A model generated the notes under the pieces. The model saw nothing but the letters and a program-made list of their open reading frames with translations, was not told the origin of the DNA and made no database searches. A program made the translations under genes and the position numbers. A stretch of DNA of 64,000 bases from a virus. The stretch lies in IMG/VR virus record IMGVR_UViG_3300047509_000085, positions 5,620-69,619 of that record; one strand, given 5' to 3'. Below are positions 58,801 to 64,000 of the stretch, piece by piece (the first letter of the stretch is position 1; each line of letters begins with the position of its first letter).

Positions 58801-60792
58801 GGGCCGATGCACCGTGAGCATCTGACGCCGGAGGAAACCGAGGCGGCAGCACGGGCCAAGTTCGGACCAGGCGCGTTGCTGCTGCGCGACATCCGCAGCC
58901 TGCCGGCACGGCTCGCATACATGGAACGCGCCATTGCCGGTGTTGATCTGATGGATGGCATCGAGCAGGTGGGCCGGGAGACCGGCGTCGATATGGTCAT
59001 CCGCGGCGATCTGCCAGGTTTGCTGGACCCGGGCGAGTATTTCACCTTGTCGGATCATCCGTCGTTCCGACGCTGGCGCGGCAACGGCTGGCAGCCAATC
59101 CACGTCTCCAATGAGTTCGAGGGGCCGCTGAAGGCCGTTCTGACGCTGCCAAGCCCGACATGGTATCGCGCGGCGATGGTGGCGAAAGGTGGCGTGATGA
59201 ATGCCATCATGTTCAGCCCGTTCATCCATCTTGCCGTAGAGCTTGGTCGCTCGCTGCCAATCATGCCAGGTCGCATCGTGACGCTGCGCGCTCTGCGCGA
59301 CGGCAACAGATTGCGGCGCAATCTCGACTACATGGATCAGGCGACAACCGACGGACTGGCGCCACTTGGCCACGGCGGCGGATGGCGCACCGATCCGGTG
59401 TCGCTTGCCGATCAAGCGAACGTCGAAGGACGCAACGCATTCCTTCGCGCGCTCGGCAACATGCGTGACACTGCCGCGAATGCGGCCGGCGCCGTCGGTG
59501 GCCGCTTCGCCCATGATGTCTTGCAGCATCCTTATCAGACGCTGCTCTGGGACCAGGTTTTCAATCTCCAGGTCGGCATCTACGACACGATGCGAAGCCG
59601 CTATATCGCCAAGGGCTTCGCGCCGGATGTCGCCGGCACGATGGCGGCGCATATCGCCAACCGCTACGCGGGCGCGCTTCCGTCCGAGCATCTGAGCAAA
59701 GCTGCCAACATGGCAGCAAATCTAGTGCTGTTTTCACGGTCGTTCACGCTCGGCAATCTGGGCGTGATGAAGGACATGCTAAATGGCGCCCCCGCTCATG
59801 TGCTCGCCCGCATCGAGCAGATGGCAGGGCCGGATGTCGCCAAGTCTGCGCAGTCGCAACTGCGGCGCAAGGCTATCTCGGCCTTCACGATGGACATTGG
59901 CCTGTTCCTGCTGGCCAACGGATTGTTGCAACTCGGGTTGCAAACGCTGCGGCAATCGCCGGAACAAGGGCTTCCGAGCGCGGCGCAACAGACATTCCAA
60001 AGCTGGTTGGACGAAGCCGGATCAGCCGTTCGTGGCGTGTCCGACAATCCCCTGTCGATTTTCAAGGTGTTGCCGCAGCAATGGAACGAGCCGGGGAAGG
60101 AGAGCCGCGTCTATGCCGGCGTAGATTCGCACGGCCGCGCCATCTATCTACGACTGCCGCCGGGGAAGGTGGGCGAGGAGTTCCTGGGGTGGTGGCTGCA
60201 TTCCGCGACGATGATCGAGAACAAGATGTCGCCGTTGGTCCGCCCGATCATTGAAACAATCTTCGGCAAGGACACGCTCGGGCGCCCCATCTACAAGCCG
60301 AACCCGCAAACGATCGGCGATCACTTCCGCATAGCGGGCGATGTCGTGAAGCATTTCGGAGAGGGGCTGGGACCGACATCGTTCATCCAGGGTCTCTACG
60401 AGATGTACCAGCAGCATGTCGCCGGCAAGCCAACGCAGGCCGATCCGTATGTGTCTGCCGCGAAGGTGCTGGGGCCATTGACCGGCCTGGCACAGATCAG
60501 TTCCGGTTACCCTGGCGGCCCCGCAGCGGGCGAGATGCACGCGCTCGGCGAGAGCCAGCGGTATGATCTTCAGAAGGAACTGCCGGCCATCCGCGACAAG
60601 ATCAGGTCGGGCGATATGGCCGGAGCCGAGGCCGACTTCCAGCGGCTCAGGGTGCCGGTTCCCCTAGCGAAATACTATGTGCGTCAGACGCTTCATCCGG
60701 GGATAATGAGCAAGGGGTCTCTGCTGCGGCTCCAAGGGGCGCCCCCAGAGACCCAGGAGCGTGTGCGACGCGATCTCGGAACGCCACCATAG
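52816..60792 (+). CDS. giant (2658-aa) internal virion/ejection polyvalent protein
   Basis: single long ORF; SSHWDEPNVLAHLR...DEVQSDWHQ block; JAB-like HNHP motif; helical C-terminal half. Confidence 0.8.
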   Translation: MPPLDDTTQAVTDDMVPQGAVPPVVAPQPPSEPVAAPSPAPAAPAITLGAIRQKYPQYQDLSDEQLAQGLHRKFYSDMPFDVFSGKIGYPPRIPETGGRPMSNSASVRKLPMAQTGSDEPVTTGMDPAAIAAPALTPVVGRALDTARQGITDALHPKAGQPSVAETAGMDPAAIAAPALTEPFGRVLSAGAEAFGDEPLGLSDKSAGALRRAGVFPQPGQGLQPLRQINEALLRPVAALADLFWRGSGAGFAGLQQTLHDTALQLGMPEEMARDIAASPEAFFGSPQLAHIRPVETVRNAVQTLQDRQTLRAQTMLAPEHSPLMPGEVDTSYAAAEAARQPRQAPPPEAPPEPPGSAATPETPPGTPPGGGDATVAQPSPAPAADPAAAAHADLAAIAAGQPPSGTALPTLEAMAARAKPPEVPPEQAPAIAMPGPTPETPRSEAAESAAGPSGGKSDTGPPAGGQASTLPESTPRTWQQIMEQEGVSAGDAIKIRDAEARQAQEAQADPPPSTVSPFLPLPREPERLASFLKRMGGVRDPGGDVRSSIGAARYRPGLINQRGRTLDDAAQLAHEAGYFPELGPGERPSINDLLDRLDDDLKSRPVYSHADDAAVTALEAVRDRNREITLLGDQYGIPTAGITHAQFMDQLNAAQLRQVHGKHGDTADAAMRDAERDARGDIAPLEWSNTDAYGRNQLRSLEELERERESEATADHLPQRAAGDAQRGVLPSDTGEVPQGGGTRGGGAGGAGSPYPQGTGRPDTGTGVGPQGFAEDRRPLGAVDVRDMVPALKIAPPGRRPTVFQGKRGELHEHVISRAADDHPALYDNPKNVKELGFVDETTGRWYSRDDAAKVAGIWEASMLPGGSGFAESGTPIPLYSAVSRAVDALKQAKGTGPQMLAMIQKTPGVKPEEVKWIGLDDWLKSQGHVTKAQIADYVRANSLDVREVHRGTVDPATEQRLADMDAEIRRLEAAGDLRWRELSRERGALIRQSPKETKFGQWRLGNGAGGSNYREVLITLPGKPRAVNIDEASQRLFGKPFEQLTMAERVKAQHELSYNPSEYRSSHWDEPNVLAHLRMDERVAPDGARVLLVDEVQSDWHQSGRRAGYGPGTKEYTVVDGNGDQRGTFATREDAQAWLDHPPDWFTRERARVAEVEGQPGVPSAPFKTTWPQLVMRRAIKYAVDNGFDRIAWTPGDVQAARYDLSKQISSVTLHDGAYEKNWLIATDHSGRRVIDERLPDQSKLVDYVGKDVADKLLAQPFEESKRDGIPTRARSLSGLDLKVPHEGMRAFYDRMLPNEVQKIVGKFGAKVGMSEVGTGKPARDTLKPDEQAARDHGSLWQQLVDERRAAENRSMAAGVYDYTRDAHIQAIDRRMDDLHARMVDETLARAQPTQTVHSVDLVPSLVHAVSTEGLALFQPRRLPIPRPTGTDLFGGERAAPAPRPAPEPTIKGDPRQVDMFGKQDVAVQAQAAADQAGGGRGTLTGKGEQKPADMGLFTPKPPNQPGLFGVEPPKRPGAPPRVSRWLTDHGFVDHLASFPEIRPGQDPHAVAADWVFQKGRETGHEYIAVVDNRTGEVVHAGTANLTSQIPFTAENVAGHTDAFTIHHNHPGGRALSPEDVSMLGNRGIGHVVAHGHGGDTYTASLGAAHKGDTPPPRDLLIAAIAAKQAAQDMVQRLIDAGKITYQQGNDTFHDVANRILQAHGVIDYTSTNKMPAAVEAALREALAKGGVNADHIDRSTVAVRPEERVAGLPARVRGQQVQGPAGGAAGNGRGARLPGTPEGRLLEPQGFAEDATTPLTPPEQRRFAPLRRAMGAATEAARDLGTSIARGFVPMRTGTVRSQAFAADFANKLRGVQYRYGEIDREITRQFKPAEREKMGRAMDAQSVHEQLLRDMPAAQRPAARAAFDATREGLAGLEPIQRATLGMLDRLSGDVWRRMQERGMVQPNARPLPFYFARQIIQYSKETGFSKVRGRGASGRGLDQRGANLTTQGPMHREHLTPEETEAAARAKFGPGALLLRDIRSLPARLAYMERAIAGVDLMDGIEQVGRETGVDMVIRGDLPGLLDPGEYFTLSDHPSFRRWRGNGWQPIHVSNEFEGPLKAVLTLPSPTWYRAAMVAKGGVMNAIMFSPFIHLAVELGRSLPIMPGRIVTLRALRDGNRLRRNLDYMDQATTDGLAPLGHGGGWRTDPVSLADQANVEGRNAFLRALGNMRDTAANAAGAVGGRFAHDVLQHPYQTLLWDQVFNLQVGIYDTMRSRYIAKGFAPDVAGTMAAHIANRYAGALPSEHLSKAANMAANLVLFSRSFTLGNLGVMKDMLNGAPAHVLARIEQMAGPDVAKSAQSQLRRKAISAFTMDIGLFLLANGLLQLGLQTLRQSPEQGLPSAAQQTFQSWLDEAGSAVRGVSDNPLSIFKVLPQQWNEPGKESRVYAGVDSHGRAIYLRLPPGKVGEEFLGWWLHSATMIENKMSPLVRPIIETIFGKDTLGRPIYKPNPQTIGDHFRIAGDVVKHFGEGLGPTSFIQGLYEMYQQHVAGKPTQADPYVSAAKVLGPLTGLAQISSGYPGGPAAGEMHALGESQRYDLQKELPAIRDKIRSGDMAGAEADFQRLRVPVPLAKYYVRQTLHPGIMSKGSLLRLQGAPPETQERVRRDLGTPP

Positions 60793-60974
60793 AGGCGATT
60801 GTGCTGGCAATCGTGGTCATCTGGCACCTGCTTGCGACCCTGCTTTAGCGGAAAGCGACAAAGGCCGCAGGAAAGCGTATAACCGCCCCAGCCAGGCGCG
60901 GCGCGTCGCCCGCCGGACAGCCACACACAGCCTTCTCCGCGTCGGTGAGGCCACAGCCCAGCGAGGCCGTGCCC

Positions 60975-61514
60975 ATGTCCGCCGCCGCACGCAGCTACCT
61001 CCGCACTATCGCCGCCATCGGCGCGCTTCTGGCGCTGTCCGCCGGCATCGGCGCCATCAAGGCCCATGCGCAGGCACCAACCGTGGCGTCAGTTGTCGCG
61101 ACGTGTGGAACCCCCAATTCGGCTAGTCAATACGCTGCCGGATCAACAGCCCCAATCACCGTCAATACTGCCGGGGTCCTCTGCCAGACCGGCACTGGCG
61201 GCGGTGCTGCCAGCAATGTGACGCTGGTCCCGCCGACGGGCACGCCGAACGAGACGACAGTTACATGCGGCGTGACCACCACGACGCTGCTGGCGGCGGC
61301 GAGCGCCACGAATTTTATCCTCGTGAAAGTGCCTTCGGGTGGCGGGACCGTGTGGGTGAACGCGGCTGGCGTCGCTGCGGTTGCCGCCCCGCCCTCCATC
61401 GACATCGTGGGAGGAGGCACGCTGCTGTGGTCCCCGGTTCAAGGGTTCGTGCCATCAAGCGCGCTGAACTGTATCGCTGCCGTGGCTCAGGCCGTGACCT
61501 TGGTGTGGAAGTAG
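60975..61514 (+). CDS. secreted or virion protein with an N-terminal hydrophobic segment
   Basis: signal-like N-terminus ending AHAQA; beta-rich. Confidence 0.6.
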   Translation: MSAAARSYLRTIAAIGALLALSAGIGAIKAHAQAPTVASVVATCGTPNSASQYAAGSTAPITVNTAGVLCQTGTGGGAASNVTLVPPTGTPNETTVTCGVTTTTLLAAASATNFILVKVPSGGGTVWVNAAGVAAVAAPPSIDIVGGGTLLWSPVQGFVPSSALNCIAAVAQAVTLVWK

Positions 61515-61517
61515 CCC

Positions 61518-61952
61518 GTGGTCGCGTTCTCCTCGCCACACGCGCCCGTCTCGCTCCGGCATCCGAAGACGACTATTCCGGCGATCTGCGACTTGTGCGG
61601 CTTCAAATATTTACACCGCAAACTGGAATGGCAGAAGATTTGGGCCGGCAGCGCGCTGGTGAAAACAGGCTTCCTCCGGTGCCCTAGCTGCTTGGACGTA
61701 CCGAACCCGAACGGGCGCAAGGTGATTCGCATAGGGCCGGATCCTGTTCCGGTGAAGGACCCTCGTCCCGGCTTCCTGCAAGCCGAGCAGCAACGCGGAG
61801 CCGGCTTCACCACCGACAGCGGCTGGCAGACCGTCACCGACAGCGGGCTTCAGTTCGTCGATGACGACAGTCTGCATGTCTGGGGCAACAACCCGCCGGG
61901 CGACTTCATGCTCGATGGCAGCCTGCTCGATGGCCCCGATGTTCTCGGTTAG
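61518..61952 (+). CDS. zinc-ribbon podovirus structural-module protein
   Basis: AICDLCGFKY...CPSCLD...DPVPVKDPRP. Confidence 0.65.
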   Translation: MVAFSSPHAPVSLRHPKTTIPAICDLCGFKYLHRKLEWQKIWAGSALVKTGFLRCPSCLDVPNPNGRKVIRIGPDPVPVKDPRPGFLQAEQQRGAGFTTDSGWQTVTDSGLQFVDDDSLHVWGNNPPGDFMLDGSLLDGPDVLG

Positions 61953-61967
61953 CGGGGAGCAACGCTG

Positions 61968-63911
61968 ATGGTAGGCACGGTTTCCGATGTAGACGGCACG
62001 AACCGCTACCAGCCGCCACCGGGCGGGGGCGAGCTGATCGGCAATGCCAACCCCGCCGACAACCTGTCGCTGCAAGACACGCTGCTGGGGTGGCAACCGG
62101 GCAAGCCGCAGGGGTTTCGCACCCGCGGCTTTACGCTCGCGCAGATACTCGACGAGTTGCTGGTCAGCATCGGCGGCCCGTATGTGCCTGCGGCCGGCGG
62201 CGCCCTCACCGGCCCGCTCACCGGCAACGGCCTCGGTGCCTCCGCCTTCACCGCCACCGGCAGCACCACGGCACGCACGCTGGCCGACCGGGCGGCGAGC
62301 GTCGCCAACGTGCTGGACTTCGGCCCAGGCGGCGCCGCAGTCGATCGCACCGGCGTCACCGATGTCACAGCCGCGATCCAGGCCGCTGCCGCCGCCATCC
62401 CGTCAACCGGCGGCACGCTCTACTTCCCCGCCGGCACCTATCTCGTCTCCTCGCCGATCCGGTTGCATTCCAACACGCGCGCTTGCGGCGACGGGCCGGG
62501 GTCGCTCGTCATCGCCGCGTCGTCCGCCGCATGGGTTGATACAGGCCATGTCGGCGCCGATCCTTATTGCATCTTCACCAACCTGAACTACGGCACGTTC
62601 CCGGTTGCCGATCACGACATCACGGTGAGCGACCTCGCGATGTCGTGGGTCAACCACAACACAGGAGACGTGCATTCCGTCCGCTTCTTCGCGGCACGGG
62701 CCGTCAAGGTGCTGCGCTGCGTCTCATCTTTCGGCGGCGACCATACGGCATTCCTAGGCGTCATCGATGGCGTCATGGAGGGCAACACCACTTACAATGT
62801 GCTGAACTGCCCGTACGACTGCTGGCACGGCAGCACAGACATTCGCATCATCAACAACTACGCCTTGTGCGACGACACGGCGCAGCTGGTGAACTTCAAC
62901 GCGGCCGGCGGCGCATCGGGCGGCGATCCGCAGACGGCATCCCGCGCGGTCATCAGCGGCAACACGCTCATCAACCTCGGCCTTTCCGGTCATCTCGGCA
63001 CGATCAACCTATCCACGCTCGGCGCCGCCGGAGTGAACACGGTTTCCGACGTAACGGTCTCGAACAACCTCATCGTCGGCGGCATCATCAACGGCCGCGG
63101 CGACATTCGCGATGTGCAGGTGTTCGGCAACAAGATGCTCGGTGTGCTGGCCAGTTCAGCGATCGGCTTCACGACCGATACCTCGGTTGCACCGCAGAAC
63201 ATCAACGTCATTGGCAACACCATTGTCGATCCGCAGACCGTTGCGGGTAATCTCGGTGTCATCCGCGTCGAGGCAGACAACTACAACATATCCGGCAACA
63301 CGGTAACGGGAGCGGCGCACTTTCGTTCATGCTACATCGGGGCGTCGGTCGGTGTCATCGGGCCGAATAATTTTTCGGCTGGAACCGCTGGCGGTACAAC
63401 GGCTTATGTGGGAGGGACCGCAGCGTGGCGAACCCAACCATATCCCGTGCAGTTGCCACTCGATATCCCGGTCTTGTGGCCCGACACGTCCGGCGCTCCG
63501 GTCACGATGGCAGTCCTGTCGGGCGATAACACATTCCATTTTCGTGGCACGACCAGCACCGGGGCATTCCGCGAGATATTCACTATCCCGATGCACAGCG
63601 ATGTTTCCGGCATGAGCATCAACATCACGACAAACATCGGCACGGGATCGACTGACTCGGTGCGGGTCACCGGTGGCACGGGTTCCGTAAATGTCCAAGC
63701 CAACCCCAATTCAGGCAGCGCCAACGTCCTGCTGTCCCTCTTCGGCAAGGGCAATCTCGGCGTGCAGACCAGCGTGACCACAAGCGCAGTCGTGCCGACA
63801 GTTTCGACAATAGGCGCCGGCTTCGCGCAGCTTTGGAAAAACACGGGAGACGGCACGTTGAAGCTCTACGCCAATGACGGCGGCGTTCTCAAATCGGTGA
63901 CACTCGCATGA
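61968..63911 (+). CDS. tailspike with a pectate-lyase-like right-handed beta-helix
   Basis: NVLDFG...DVTAAIQAA...LYFPAGTY and repeated ISGN/VSNN/IGN turns. Confidence 0.85.
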   Translation: MVGTVSDVDGTNRYQPPPGGGELIGNANPADNLSLQDTLLGWQPGKPQGFRTRGFTLAQILDELLVSIGGPYVPAAGGALTGPLTGNGLGASAFTATGSTTARTLADRAASVANVLDFGPGGAAVDRTGVTDVTAAIQAAAAAIPSTGGTLYFPAGTYLVSSPIRLHSNTRACGDGPGSLVIAASSAAWVDTGHVGADPYCIFTNLNYGTFPVADHDITVSDLAMSWVNHNTGDVHSVRFFAARAVKVLRCVSSFGGDHTAFLGVIDGVMEGNTTYNVLNCPYDCWHGSTDIRIINNYALCDDTAQLVNFNAAGGASGGDPQTASRAVISGNTLINLGLSGHLGTINLSTLGAAGVNTVSDVTVSNNLIVGGIINGRGDIRDVQVFGNKMLGVLASSAIGFTTDTSVAPQNINVIGNTIVDPQTVAGNLGVIRVEADNYNISGNTVTGAAHFRSCYIGASVGVIGPNNFSAGTAGGTTAYVGGTAAWRTQPYPVQLPLDIPVLWPDTSGAPVTMAVLSGDNTFHFRGTTSTGAFREIFTIPMHSDVSGMSINITTNIGTGSTDSVRVTGGTGSVNVQANPNSGSANVLLSLFGKGNLGVQTSVTTSAVVPTVSTIGAGFAQLWKNTGDGTLKLYANDGGVLKSVTLA

Positions 63912-64000
63912 TAAAAGCATTCTTCCTGGCACTGTCGCTCGCCGTCCTTTCGCTATGCGCTCACGCGCAGAAAGTGGAGCAAGGCCCCTCCGGCTTCCAG

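Overview
The whole window is a high-GC temperate tailed-phage genome, probably alphaproteobacterial and podovirus-like. Bases 1-7.1 kb are leftward early and recombination genes (ERF, gp157-like, HNH). A cI/cro switch lies at 7.4-8.1 kb. A rightward early/middle operon follows with three DNA methyltransferase-like genes, a VRR-NUC nuclease, a DnaA-domain-IV protein and a DUF1376-type initiator with iterons. Then come terminases, portal, GroES, scaffold, capsid, adaptor and tail genes, ejection proteins and a tailspike. The stand-out is a stand-alone RAMP/Cas7-like gene (49260-48658, minus strand) followed by a non-CRISPR array of GGY-NN pentamers ending in a hairpin, plus a second orphan GGY-NN array at 34365-34482. 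In both arrays the variable NN dinucleotides, read in order, reproduce codon positions 1-2 (skipping the wobble base) of a diverged allele of the neighbouring gene. This points to an RNA-guided system with a gapped, non-contiguous code aimed at related competitor phages. It resembles what I recall being described as VIPR; that recollection is unverified. Other notable items are a covarying CGCGTCG hairpin before the late operons, a 305-bp ORF-less IS200/IS605-like element, di-glycine motifs in internal virion proteins and a JAB-like domain in the giant ejection protein. Family calls are from motif recognition only; no searches were run.
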